Shown one piece after another: positions 12,198-25,510 of a stretch of DNA of 64,000 bases (positions are counted from its first letter, which is position 1; each line of letters starts with the position of its first letter). A program made the position numbers and the translations under genes. The notes beneath the pieces are model-generated. The model made no database searches and had not been told where the DNA came from. It saw nothing but the letters and a program-made list of their open reading frames with translations. Source of the DNA: Octopus sinensis (taxonomy: Eukaryota); NCBI RefSeq assembly GCF_006345805.1, contig NC_042999.1, positions 140,244,001 to 140,308,000 of the forward strand, in the 5' to 3' direction.

Positions 12198-12254
12198 CCA
12201 TCCTTCCAGATTTATATTTGAAGTTTTATGTCTATCAAGGAAATCAACATCAGT
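12198..12254 (-). CDS. Candidate 57-nt phase 0-0 exon (TDVDFLDRHKTSNINLEGW)
   Basis: Pyrimidine tract and TTTAAAG acceptor, TGG|GTAAAT donor; only one frame is open. Confidence 0.5.
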
Positions 12255-12558
12255 CTTTAAAGTGAAGATATGCAAAATGAAGAACATGTAACAAATTGTT
12301 TGATATCACAGTAATAATGATTATGAAGTCAAGATCGACATTTTCACGCATGAGGCACAAGATCACAAATTTGCGTTAGTTGTACACGCCTTGGATTTTA
12401 TTGGCACACTCGACCCCTAGTTGAATAGTCGATGCGTACAACTGTCAAAGATTTAGTACTGTGCTCCTTCATTTACGCCACTATAAGGGGTTTTTTTTAT
12501 TAACTTTAACCCAGCGGCATTTAATGGGGTCGGTAAGTAGGGTTTGTGAGGTACGTAC

Positions 12559-12606
12559 CTGCCTCGAGGATTTTAACGAGGCGTGTGAAGAGAAATGGCG
12601 GTATTC
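12559..12606 (-). CDS. Candidate 48-nt phase 0-0 exon (EYRHFSSHASLKSSRQ)
   Basis: Long T-rich tract and TTTAAG acceptor, CAG|GTACGT donor; in frame with the neighbouring candidate exons. Confidence 0.5.
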
Positions 12607-13031
12607 CTTAAATTTCAAACACAAACAAATACAAGAAACTAAGAATACATAGGAATGATGAAGAAGTATTTCTCACGACAAAAATAACGTTTTTTCATAC
12701 TCTTATTTTCGTTTTCATTTTGCGTCAATTTTGATGTTAAACATATTTCTTAATCATTCAGGTGTATTTTTTGCTTTGAGCTTATGAAAATCTGGATAAG
12801 AAACCGAAGGACCAACAGCACCAATTGGAAATCGAAACCTAATGGCAGACTCCAATGGCCAAGAATTTATTTCTACTTTACAGCAACAACAGAGCAGCCA
12901 TCACATGGACCATATATTACACATATAGACATATCAACACTGCCACAAGTTAAAAATAGGTCATTTTTTAACAAAGACTAAAAATTTGATCTTGATATAA
13001 AATTAGACAGAATTAATCGATTATTTTGTTC

Positions 13032-13067
<36 letters not shown>

Positions 13068-14486
13068 GCGCACGCGACGTGCGTATGTGTGTGTGAAGCA
13101 AAAGGGGGAAAGCCGATTTTCCGAGATATTTTTCTTTACAATAATATATTTAATTTATTAGAATATCAAAGACCGAAATTCTGAGTATTCAATCCAAACC
13201 ATTATTTATCATTATTATTAGTAGTAGTGGTGTTAGATAAGTAATAGACATTTATAAACAAGCTAGTATGAGTGTAACGAGGAAGCAAGCATTCGATCTG
13301 GTTCAAAACAAATAAATAAATAGAAATAATATATGACTTAGCGGATTTATTGTAGATATTTTGGCAAGATAATTTGAAGAGACATCACGATCAGTAATTG
13401 TGGAAGAATTTTAAAACAAAAACAAACAATAGTGTACGTCTTTGAGAAAATAAAAACATTACTATCTTACACAGGTACATGAAAATTTGACACCTTAGAG
13501 GTACAAGACCACAGATATTCAGACAGAAGGAAATGAACATGTGTAGCTGTCAATTTTTTCCCCCCAAGGATCTTAATTAGTTAAGTGAAATGCAGTAAAT
13601 TGAAACCGGGGTGCAAAGTTAGATCGGCTCATGGAAAGCAAAATCTATGTTGACAAAGTAGATACGAATATAAAACTGATGTTTCAAAACATTTAGGTTT
13701 ATAATAAACGAAACGAATAAAAATTAATCACACGTCCTTAGAAATCTAATTCCATAACTCAATTAAATATATATATGTACATACACACACATATGCGTGT
13801 GTATGTATATATATATATACACACACACACATGTATATATATACACGAGTGAGAGATCGTCTCAGACATAAATTCCGTATTATTATATGCTTTTTTAAAG
13901 AGAAATATTACTTGAAGTTACATACAACAAAATAAAAACTGTTCTGGGTGAGTTTAAAAATAAACAAGAAGTTGAGAAATAACGTTTCTAAGATAATTTT
14001 CGTTATAAAATCAGAGTACATTTTATAACGAAAATTGCTTGAAAACAAATAATTTTGTTCACATACACACACAACTACTTGATCTAAATAAACAAGCACC
14101 AGACAGCTTGTGAGTAAATAACATAACCAGAAGATGTGAGGTTCATGCCGTTCTCAGACATTTACAGACCAAAATAAATAATTTCCTAATTTATTCATCA
14201 AAATGGATTAAATGGGGTATTATTATAAAGATGGTACAATTTTAAATATATACGCAATAATTTTAGCAAATGCATGAACGTCACATCTTCCTTCTGCACG
14301 ATACAACAAACTGTTTGCTATAATATGTATTTTGATCAGGGACAGAGCAGAGAAATGAACATAATTGTTTGCAATAAAAAGAAATCATAAATAGAAAGAG
14401 GAAGGTGATGTATGAAGTAGTAACAAAAAAGACACTGTTTTCACGCTAGTTAATTTCTTTTGAGAAAATCATGATCAATCACCAAC

Positions 14487-14540
14487 CTTTAATCGAGAAT
14501 TTATCAGAGAGAGTCGGTTACATGTAGTATCCGCAGACAT
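14487..14540 (-). CDS. Candidate first coding exon (MSADTTCNRLSLINSRLK); alternative 14522-14551 (MATACLRILH)
   Basis: ATG immediately downstream of promoter motifs, with donor AAG|GTTGGT (or CAT|GTAACC for the alternative). Both options end in phase 0. Confidence 0.45.
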
Positions 14541-14770
14541 GCCGTCGCCATTAGCATAGTGTATTTCCGGTTGCAGTATGGATTTTGAGGGAAACTTCAT
14601 TAAATGTTATTATCACAGATACTGTTTTATTATCTTAAAACTAAGTATTTTTCACTGAAATATATTCTAATGATGGAATCATATTAAAGAAAATACGATC
14701 AGGAGAAATTTTTTTTTCTTTATAATAAATTTCCTAGTTCATCCGGTTTCGTCTTCAAACGGTGATTATT
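14540..14770 (-). promoter_or_regulatory. CpG-rich housekeeping-type promoter
   Basis: Local CpG enrichment, ETS-like CCGGAAAT (14563-14570) and CCGGATG (14740-14746), and YY1-like ATGGCG (14546-14551) on the - strand. Confidence 0.6.
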
Positions 14771-15229
14771 TCCCCTGGTATTACACACCCTTATTTCAAC
14801 ACACTTGTCAAAGGGAGTGTGAAGTTTAGTGAATGTGGTGAGAGGAGTCACGAATGCACATGGGTAGATGGCAAGAAGTTAAAATAATCGAAAGATCAGA
14901 GACTGTTGCAATAAAAGATAGAATAAGCAAATAAATCATACAGATCTACAATAGTTGACGAAGATTAAAACTAATGATTAAATAAGATTTATTGCTATTT
15001 GAAATGGAAATCATTAACAAGTATTAATATTCTTAGAAATAAAGATTACCTCTCTTACCAAAAGGATCTCCCCTAACATAGCAGAATCTTCCTTCTTATC
15101 ACTCCTCAACCTCAGTTGTTCCTTATATTTACTGTTCATTTTACTTTCAATTCCTAGAGGAAAACCTAACAGAATGTTTCGTTTCCCGAAAGATCTTTCT
15201 GGACCTGGCAACTTCCAGTATATTACCCT

Positions 15230-16330
15230 CACTTCCAATATCTCATGGTGATAGATTCAGTAGTAAATAGCTGCCTCATTGATCACCTTAAATTTATTTC
15301 CTGTCACACAAACCAACAAACAACTTGCATATATGATTGATCGGAGATTTGCTTTCTTGCATTACACACCAAAAATCAATCACTCTTGAGAAATTAGTTG
15401 AAAACAATGTTGTTACCCTTGATATCAGCAAAGTATGCAATTGTATAATGGTAAGAGTACTACCTACCAAAGTTGCTTGCCTAAGATCTCCAAAAATCTT
15501 ATCTTATGAATTGGGAGTTTTAACAGTCTACATAAATGGGTTCTTTCAGATCAACAAACTATTTCTACCTTGTTGTTATTTCAAATCACATACATTCTTA
15601 TGATGACAATACTATATTTTACTCCTTTCCAGCATTTTATACTTACAGTTGTCAATCCAAATACAATCTAGTCACCTTTCACTGATTTAACTGAAACCTC
15701 AAAAAATAGCTTCTAATGGATACATGATACAACCAAGACACAATAAATACTTGCATAAAGGAAACAATCCCACATCAGTTCACTTCTCTTCACATGAGCA
15801 ATACATTACATCCTCCCAACTTATGAACTAAAGCCCTTAAAATATCTATAAATGCTGGACTTCAAAATCTCTGACAACCTTTTATAGCTACCATCTATAC
15901 AACATTACTAAAATTGCATCTTGAAGACTAGGCTTTCTCTTCTAACTCTGATACAGCTTTATCCCTAAACAGTTGGTGGCCCATTTCAAAGTTCAAATGT
16001 AACATCATCAGAATGCAACATTTGTATTTAAGGCAATATAGCTGCTATAAAAACATTTATCACAGCACACCCATCAAAAATAAAAACCACCCAGCTAACT
16101 GGAAAAATTCACTCACTAATATATTGTAACCACTAGTTCAGTTATATTATTTCCTTTTTCTGTCTTTTCTACTGTTTCTATAATCACTTATATATCTCTA
16201 AATAAACAAACTGTGATACACCTTTGTCCATTTAAATCAACCCTTAGCCAAACTCTGTAACACCCTGAACCCACCCTATAACTTCTTCCTTATAAGTTCA
16301 AACTGAACATCACCTTACCAGTCATGGAAA
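15230..16330 (+). mobile_element. Highly decayed CR1/Jockey-like RT fragment
   Basis: IGDLLSCITHQKSITLEKLVENNVVTLDISK resembles the 'STGDLL...VALDISKAFD' RT block. Confidence 0.6.
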
Positions 16331-17074
16331 GCCTGCGAAGGTCATAAATTCCTTATCCTTCACCAACTTTAAAATAAAATAATAAAAGATTACCATTGAA
16401 CAGTTGTGAATCAACGATTGCAGGAAAAAAATGTACAGGGTATTCTAGAGGGCAAGTTTTAGTTTTATTATTATCTGGGATCACCAGGAAAAAGCATTTG
16501 AGTTTGTGAGGTCTAGTTTTTGTAGCAATTTTCAGGGTCATAATTGCATATTGTCCAAGACTATAGAGAGTGAGCTACAAAGATATTTCCTTGCTATAAG
16601 CAGTGATTGTGATTTTTGCAGTTAAGAGTCAAGATTGTTATGTTGATATTGGAAAATGTTTTGGTGTCTTTGTTCATGAAAGCAACAAAGATTTGATGTG
16701 AAGTTATATGTGAGTGATACTTGTGTGCTACAGAAGGCTAAACAGGAGTGAACAGTGGTATCATATGTGTAAATATAAGTTGTTATAGATGTCAATAAAG
16801 CAGGTTGTTAATATACAGAAGAACAAGCATAGGAGACATAATAAGCAAAGTTTGCTTCATACAAGATGCTTGAAGATTTCTTGGTGTTATATATAGGTTA
16901 TGTTCTCCACTTGCATCACAACTACTTATTAAGTTTTGTTTGAAATATTTTTTAATGTTGCAACATATTCTGTGTACACTACCACTATCATTCCTTTCAT
17001 GCTATACATCCAGCCAACAAGCAGAGATATCAGAAGTTTTATTAAATTTGTCTGCTTTATTGTTGCTCTAAGTC

Positions 17075-17260
17075 AGTGTATTTGAGCAGACCTATGATCA
17101 TAGAAATTCCAGCCATGCCCATCTTGTATTTTTTCTGGTAAAGTGTACTCTAGAACACAATATCCAATATGCCTTTTTTAAAAGTTAATTTAAGTAGAAG
17201 ATTTAGCCGCTATTTCTTGCAAGTCAAGCAACTATATAAAGATGCCCCTGTTTGACTGTT
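17075..17260 (-). mobile_element. SINE-like repeat family D (GCAGACCTATGATCA...AGATTTRGCYGCTATTTC)
   Basis: Shares blocks with copies at 26345, 28590, 28790, 29120 and 46540, and with the inverted copy at 18240. Confidence 0.7.
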
Positions 17261-18239
17261 TAGGTGTTCTCTCTGGCATCTCAGAAACTTGATAAAAATG
17301 ATTTTTAAATAAAATGAAAAAAATTGCTTTTGGTTTTCAATATTTTGCATTTTTTAACAAGTTATTCACCTAAAGTAAATAGCCTTGTGCTGTATTGAAT
17401 AGGATATATGCAATTTGCATACATGGGTTATATGAATAACTGAAATCAGTAACATGAGAAATAAAAGGCAATAGAAATATGTAACATAACAAGAAAATTC
17501 CTTTCAGCTATAATTTTGAGTTACTTTTGTTACAGCCCTAGAGGTCATGTAAGTAGAGGAGTAGTCGATAGACCAGAGAGCAAAAGAAGTGAAAGAAGAA
17601 AGATATAAATTGCATAATTTTCATTTCACTGTGGTGGGGGTGGGGGTGAGACAATGCATTGGGTTAAAAGTTAGAGCATAAGCAAACAAACACAAGAATT
17701 TTATTGCTATCCTTCAGATTCTTTATAATCATTGTTCAATGACAATATAATTGCTTCAATCTTTGTGGATATCTAGCATATGTTATCATGAAAAGAAATG
17801 TATAATGAATAATTTCACATACATTTTCAAACAGATAAAACCTAACAGAAAAGATTGTGCATCATGTCAATAACAAAAAATATTATTTAAGTAATCTTAT
17901 TGTAATAATTTTCTAAGCATGTAACTATAGCATGATTATAAAAAGTAAATTACTTAAAAAATATTATACATATGTGTACATGAATGTGCATGTGTGTGTA
18001 GATACCTGGGTGTGAAAACTTTAAGGTGGAATTTAATGTTACACATTGGCTATCAAATGTAAATAAATATTACAACTCAGATTTAGATCCAATGGTTTGG
18101 GAAACTACTTGGTAAAATAACTGGATCTTCTGATTTGAGTCTTGATGTTAGAGTGACTACCTTTTATTTACTGTAAGAAACTGAGGGATTATTATTTAAC
18201 ACTACTCATGCAGTAGTTACTGCTGTTGGCAACAAAACA

Positions 18240-18450
18240 AAGGGGCTTCTATATTGTTGCTTAACTCACTAGAAATAGCACCTAAATCTCCCTTGTATTT
18301 CTCTCTACTATCTTAACAAAAGGAAAGGTATATTGGATAGTGTATTCCCATATGCCCATAAGGAGACAAGGAGAGGATCCTGATTGAAGCACCTTTCCTC
18401 ATAGGGCCAAATGATCAGTTCTGACCTGGTGCCAAGCAACAACAACAAAA
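18240..18450 (+). mobile_element. SINE-like repeat family D, sense copy with (CAA)n tail
   Basis: CTAGAAATAGCACCTAAATCTCCC...GGTGCCAAGCAACAACAAC. Confidence 0.6.
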
Positions 18451-19229
18451 GTTTTCTTTCTAAGTGCAAAAGCAGACTAATATGAAGAATGTTTAAAATA
18501 TGTGCTGCTGTATAGTAGGTGGTAGTGGTGGTGGTGGTGCAGTGGCAGTGACGGGGGAGGTCGCAGCAACAATGATGAGGACAATGCTAATGATAGTTGC
18601 AAGCTAAGGAAACTTTAACTGTATTAGAATATGGTTCCCTTGATAGCTACTCCAGTGAACATCATCCTTCCATAAAAGCTATTTACAGTTGCTGACTAAG
18701 CTAACAAGAGTTAAGCATCTTCATCACAGACACAGTTCAATGTTTGTTATGAGAAAAAAACAACCTGGCCTTTCCTTGATTAATGCTTTCCTATTGCAAT
18801 GGTTGTCAGGGAACTCATAAAGAAAAACAATCACCTGGTCTTAACTCAAAACAAACCAAGAAATTCAGTTTCTAATGGTCCCCAGAAACACAGGTTGTCC
18901 CTTCTTACTAATCAGCCTCCAAGTGTTGTGTGGGTCCTTCTTTCCTCATAAACACATAAGCACCCTCTTATCACATGTCACATCTACCCTCTATCTTAGA
19001 CCATCACATTCCATCCATTCCATTCTTGATATAAAGATTACTTCATACAACAGCAAACCAGCAAAAAATTAAACTGACAAAATAGACAGGGAAAAAAATA
19101 GCTGCCATTTCTATGTACAACAATTTACAATACAAAAATGCTCAACCTAACTCTAACTCTCACACTATTTTGTAATCACTCATCCAGCCAACCAGCATGG
19201 AAACATTACAGTAAATGAAAATAAGGGAG

Positions 19230-19780
19230 AATTGGAGGTGAGGTGCACACTGTTCTGTCAATGTGCAATCAAAGAATGGGTACAACAGAATTGTTGAAGT
19301 AAGCTTTGAAGAAGGAGAAATTTCTTAGAAGGTGGAGGTCGAGATTTTCCAGGTAGAGTTGGAGAGCCAGCAATAGGCAGTTGAATGGTTCTCAAAGTGA
19401 GAACCAGCAATTAAGAATTAAGTTGAGCTGTTTCGAATGTTCTTTTGAAAAAGATGGGATGGGAATCCAAATCAGGAAGGAGAGATGGATAAAAAAAAAT
19501 GCTTTGAAGAAGGAGAGGACAATAGAGTGTTGCTACTGATGGCTGTGGCTCAGTTAACAAAAATAAGATCCAACCAGTTGAGGAGTTGAATGACCATATG
19601 GTATGTCACATATACAGTGAGGCTCCAGACATAAGTGAGAAGAACTAGTAAGAATGGAAACAGTTGAAAGGAGCTTCTTCAATTTTTTTCTTGAAAATAG
19701 CCTACTTAGAGTTTTCTGTAGTTGAGAAATTGTGGAAATATCAGCTGTTGAAATGTAGAAGCAAGATATTATGTTAGATT
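19230..19780 (-). mobile_element. Decayed CR1-like LINE 3' fragment
   Basis: Broken frames resemble CR1 ORF2 C-terminal sequence; the match is weak. Confidence 0.4.
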
Positions 19781-20239
19781 AGGATAGTCCAACAGTTCAG
19801 GTGGACTGAATTCTGTCTTAAAGGTCACAACAACAATCCTCAATACAATACTGAGAAAAGTGAACTGAGTAAAAGTAGTCATTAACTTCAACATAGGTAT
19901 ATTTTGGGAAACAAAATAATATTGACAGCAGGAGAGTAATTTGAATTCCAAGAGCCATCAAAAACATGCTTGATCAGACAACTGATCCTTTAATTAGTTG
20001 GCTGACATCCTATATGCACAATCAAGGCTATCTCAACATGAAATAAGGCCCTTATGACTCTTTTAGACAACTCAAAATGAGGATTAAACCAACTAGTTTC
20101 ATTGTTAATTAGTAAATCATCAAGATTTGCTCATCCATCTCACCAAACTGCCAATGATAGTAAATGAAGGACACTTATTAAAATATGAACAAGTACGTAT
20201 CTAAGAGTAAACTCATTTGAATGATATAATATTCATTAA

Positions 20240-20415
20240 ATCCTGATTAATTAGCCTATTAATAAATTGTGACAGCTGTCAATTAGGTCAAATTCAAAGT
20301 AGGAGACAATTATCACATTTTGTCAAGGTAAATCATTAATTGGATCAGTTAATTGCTCAATGACATATTCTTGTGTCAGTTGTTATGGAAATTGGTACTG
20401 TAAAAGCTGTCACTT
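20240..20415. promoter_or_regulatory. Candidate developmental enhancer (TALE/homeodomain/TCF site cluster)
   Basis: TGACAGCTGTCA palindrome (20270-20281), TGATTAATTAG (20244), several TAATT cores, TTCAAAG (20293) and further TGTCA sites (20321, 20374, 20408). Confidence 0.4.
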
Positions 20416-21699
20416 ATTAATCCAGTTTGGATACCATGTATTTTTGGGTAGAATAGTAATTCTGCTTTTGGTGTTTATTTAGTAAGCATGCATGTGAGAG
20501 CTCCCAGCATGTAGTATATAACTCATACATGGGTATATTCATGTAGGGAAGTAACTTATTTATTTTATATTTAATTTTTGATTTCATAAAATTTCAGTCC
20601 TTCCCAATTTGTTTTTAATGAGATTTAGCATCAGTTAACAGAATTACTTTAATTGACCAAATTAAAAGCCATCAACCTAAAACCACTAAATGAGGACAAT
20701 TACAGTGCAATATCTACTATCAGAAATGGGAAGTAAATAATCTAGAAGTTGAAGAAGAACTTAATAAATTGATCTGTAACTTGAAAAGAAGTATGTTTAA
20801 GTGTCAAATGTAAATCAGAAGAATTATCTAAAGATCCAGATTAAGAGATTCCCCCCCAAAATATGTCTGGTTGTCCTGATGAAAATCCAGCCACAACATA
20901 AAATTTTAGAAAATACATAGTAAGACATAGTGTTAATAACAAGAAAGGAAAACAACAAAAATCACTCAAGCACCTTGGGCAAATATTTTCTACAATAGCC
21001 TTGGGCCAAAAAACCCTTGTGAGCATATTTGGTAGACAGAAACTGAAAGAAACCTATCATATATTCATATCATCATCATCATTGTTGTTTAACGTCCGCT
21101 TCCCATGCTGGCATGGGTTAGATGGTTTGAATGAGGGCTGGCAAGCAGGGAGGCTGCACCATGCTTGACCATGGGTGTTGATGTGTTTATGTCTTTGCAA
21201 CTTAGCAGTTTGGCAAAAGAGACTGATTGAATAAGCACCAGGCTTAACAAAAAATATATCAAAATATATTATGTAATTTTAATAAATATATCTGTTAAAA
21301 TGAGATGTTGGTGTTATTTTCATTTTTGCGTAATTTAGAGGAGACTTTATTCACCGCACCCTGTAGAATTAGAATTAGAATCCTGATATTATTTCCATTT
21401 CTACTCTATACTATTTTGAAGTTGGTTTTCTTTCTTAATTACCACACACCAAAGTGAATTTTTCGGGACATATTGTATGCAAAATTTCTGTATGTAGCAT
21501 TTGATCAATTTTATTTTTAATTTGGTTCTTTACTTTGTTCTTAAGGCAAATTGATTTGTCACAACTTCACACAGCTGTTCATTTGTTCTGTTAACTACAA
21601 TTAATTTGTTCTGTTAATGGTTTTTTAGTTCACAGCTAATTATATAAATTCTATGGGAATAAATATTATAACAACTATTTCTTTTCATTCTGCTTCAAT

Positions 21700-22070
21700 G
21701 GATCTATTTTTCTCTAAACATTATGTTGTTTTCAAACCTCAAGCAAAACCATCACTTAGTGTTGCTAAAGCAGTAATTTCTGCAACTTTTCTCACAAAAT
21801 GGTATCCTTCATCAGTGGCCATCTTAAAATTGATTACTTCGACCCCACTTTTACACACAAAAGATAACAATATTGCAATCTCTCATGTCCTGTAATACTG
21901 CTCTTTCTTTTCAAACCAGAACTGAGACCACAGGATACTCTTTGAACACTTGATAGCCACTGATGAAATACCATCTAATCCCATTGCCTTCTAAGTGGCA
22001 AAATTGTCAGTTGCTTTATCTAGTTATTCAGCAGTCAGTAGTGTATCTAGTTTCTCCACCAATGGCAGAC
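21700..22070 (-). mobile_element. Internally deleted RTE (BovB-like) RT fragment
   Basis: LDKATDNFAT*KAMGLDGISS and QDMRDCNIV motifs, joined to C-terminal-like sequence. Confidence 0.6.
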
Positions 22071-22746
22071 ATTCCATGGTGTCTAGCTTACTGTCTTTGT
22101 CATTGTTATTTCATCATCATTATTTTAATGTCCACTTTTCCTTGCCCACATAGGTCAGACAGAATTTGCTGAAGAAGATATTCTACAGCTGGATGCTCTT
22201 TCAGTTGTCAGCCTTCACCTGTTTCCAAAGCATGATCAAGTTAGGAAAATCTGAGCAGACTCAACTAAATAATGTTAATGATAATCTTGATTGGGAAACT
22301 AATGGCGAAGTTGAGTGATCAACTGAGATCATGTTTTGTTAAAGTTGAACAGATCTAAGGAAGCAACTCTTCTCTTAAAACCTGAATAAGAAAATTTCAA
22401 AAATGGCAAAGGTAAGTGAACCCCAAACAAGAATGGCACTTCAGGAAAATTGTTGTCAAATACCTTTATTGAAACTTGTTACAAAGAGATGAAAGAGGTT
22501 ATTGCTGTGTTGGTTGGAACTGTCAGAGGAGTTACAAAAGGGAAATGACACTGTATTACACAGTATTTTATACACAAAGATCAAGTATCTCCATTCATGT
22601 GATTAAATTTTGGGATCAATCAGGCATTCTGGATACAAGAGATTTAACAGCCAAGCTGTTTGTTCAGAAAAATGTCTCTGAACTTGTTCTAGTCTATTTA
22701 CATTGTGAATATGAGATGGGTTCCAAATTACAGTAGGATATTTTAA

Positions 22747-24853
22747 CCCCATGACAGCAGTTTTTTTGTGTTTTTTTTATCAAGCAACTAGGTTGCATTG
22801 ATGGTAATCATCTTGACTGAGATCAGCAATTAGTGCCCAACTATTGTTCAGAGTATATTTATATCAACCGCTTTAACCAGTTTATGATGGCGATTCATTC
22901 AGTTGCCTGTGCACAGCAATGGTAATTGCACCATCTGAGGTCAGCACTCAGTGCAAGATAAAGTTTGGCGTATATTTATGTCAACCATTTTAGAGCAAAT
23001 ATATCTCTGTGTAGGATGCTCATAAGTTATTCCTGAATAAGATCACTTGACAACACAAGTCAGATCAACTTCATGTATTTACAATCACGTCAATTCAAAA
23101 ATTGACTTTAGTGTGATAGAGGTACAGGGTACCACACACAGTGGCATATCACATTGTGAACAATGGTATCTAGTTTCCTTACATTTCCCTTTTGCTTTAC
23201 ATATTGTGCATCTCTTTGAAGCATTTGTCTTTTTGGTGGTGGGGGGAAACAGTCGTGGAAAATGTCCACGTCCCTTCACCATGTGGTGAGGAAAGAGTCC
23301 AGTGTGGAGACTTCCACACATTCTGTACTTTGGCAGGTCTGATGCTTCTACCATTTCACGGAACAATAGATTTCTGAATGTGAATCCATCCTCCACACCA
23401 CCAAGCATCTGCCAAATCAAATGTGAGTTCATGATACACATGTCAACTATATACAAGAAAATTTTTTTGTACCATTTCACAAATTTTCTCACCAATTTGT
23501 GTGTTGTCGCTGAATGATTGACCCTGCCCATCCCTTCATTGTATGAAACAACTATTCAATTTCATTATGGCATTCCTGTCTGCATCTTGTTTCTTAGTGT
23601 CCTTCATGCTTGCAGAATGCATTGTGGATAACATGCAGACGTTTTTCTTGTCACACCACACTAGAGTGAGAATGCCACTATTGGTGCATTGGTACGCTAT
23701 TTCCCTCTTTCAGGCGGCATGTTTTTCCAGTGCAGCCTCACAGTTCCACAGGCATTAGTCCTCCTCACCTGCAGCTGCAGGAAGAGGTCTGGACTGGAAA
23801 ACCAGTTGTCCATATAAATATTGACAGTTTTCATTCAGCAACAACACATCAGTTGACACTAGAGTAGATGCTGGAAGAAATAATCTGTCCTCACCAGTTA
23901 GATTTTGTAATTCCACATGTACCCACAGGCTCTGCCTGTTGACTGGCATACTTTATAAATTTTGATTCCAAAGCAGGTACATTTGGTTCGGTTCTATTGT
24001 TTGAATTGGAGCCTTCCCTTGAATTTTCACAAAATCTTGTCTGTACAAACATCCTGTGTGGGGACATACACTGTTCTGAAATTTTCAGCCACTTCGTCAA
24101 TAATAGGGCATATTTTTTGCTATTAACCTGGTTTCGCCTGAGTTGAAATGTAGATTTTGAAGAAGCACCAAAAATTGATTACGTGGCATTGTTTCTGGAA
24201 AGAAAGTGTTGATGTGGCTGGGTCACTCTCTTCATGATGCCCATCAGTATTAGCAGGGTGAGCAGAACTTTGATTTTATCCCCTATGGTTAGACACCAGT
24301 CACTGCCATGCCTGGGTCTGACATGCTGGTTTTCAGCATACTCATTCATTTCGTCCACTATATATTGGAACATTTCATTTGTCAAAAGCTTGTGGAAGAT
24401 TTCCAATGGAGAACTTCCATGTCCAAGGTTTGTCCTTATGACAGGCATACCAGTAAATCCATGCCATCAGACAAAATTGTCTCTTGCTCACCACACAACA
24501 TTCATTTGTCTGGGCCATTCACTGCTGCTTGCCTGTACCTTTGATTCACTGGAATATCATCATCATTATCACGCTCATCTGATTCTGAACTAAGAAAATA
24601 CTCATGCTCTGAGTTATTGTCCAAACCAGAAGAAACAGTGGTGGAGCTTGGTGTAACTTGACACGGTAATGAAGTTGACAGAGCCAAAGTGACAGGACCA
24701 GCCTATTGGGTTGTAAATATTTACACAAAACATCTAATCGGCCTATCAGTTGGCAAGTGGACTGGTACTAACTCAGGTGACATATAATTACATTGACTGA
24801 TTTTAAAGCATGTTCATTATGTGCGTAAATTTATGTCAACTGTTTTAAAAGGT
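22747..24853 (-). mobile_element. Decayed piggyBac (PGBD4-like) DNA transposon between two TTAA sites
   Basis: SPLEIFHKLLTNEMFQYIVDEMNEYA, KWYKKIFLYIVDMCIMNSH, and C-terminal cysteine-rich RCTICKAKGKCKETRYHCSQCDMPLCVVPC. TTAA at 22743-22746 and 24854-24857, with CCCC/AAGGT ends. Confidence 0.88.
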
Positions 24854-24859
24854 TTAATT

Positions 24860-25510
24860 GAGATTTGACTGTAAATTGTCCCAAACTCACTGAGTTGATT
24901 CACCTTGCTCTGGAATGAGCTATCCAAGCTCCTTCCACCTGTCTGTTGAAGCTAGTCCATGATGAAAAGGAAAGAATGTTGCCTACCGAAAAGAAGTAAG
25001 ATGAAAAGAAAGAAAAACAGGGATGAACATTTATGTAAACCAGGATCCTAAATGATTTGGGTGATACAGCCTGTGCAGAGAATTCCAAAGTGAATTTGAC
25101 TAAAAAGTCGAGTTCCTCATAAATTAGATCATCAAAATACTTCTTTTTGTCCTGTTTTTCAGTAATTCCTCAAATGCTTCAAAACCTACAATAGTTGCTG
25201 CCTTGGTTGTGGCATCTACCACTTTAGCCAGAGTTATCTCATGAATCAAGATCAGATGGTGTAAGGAACCCAGAGTTTAGTGCAAGTTCAAGTTCCCTAA
25301 TATACTTTTCTCAATCAATTAATTTTGGGGGTCAAGGAAGAATATTTTTCAGGTCTGTTAAAGATGGATAGGGATAAGTGCTTCAATGCACCTTCACTGA
25401 ATCTGAGGATAAACAAGAGAGTAAAGCCTGATTTTGATTTTGAAAGTTGAGGCAAATTCACTTTCACAAACTCCCTTCACTTCCTTGCCTTTAGAATCTC
25501 CTGGTAAACA
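24860..25510 (-). mobile_element. Probable decayed CR1/Jockey LINE linker fragment
   Basis: Stop-ridden frames weakly resemble the endonuclease-RT linker. Confidence 0.3.

Noticed and set aside
12198-12606. Assignment of the - strand candidate gene to SDHAF3/LYR (LKS...RHKT) or to a PH-domain protein (EGWLLK)
   Set aside because: The SDHAF3 EFRRHK motif and the PH-domain W..R.F.L strand are absent; the similarity is too short to be significant.
14490-14516. PTS2 peroxisomal signal RLSLINSRL
   Set aside because: It has Arg where the consensus requires His or Gln at position 8.
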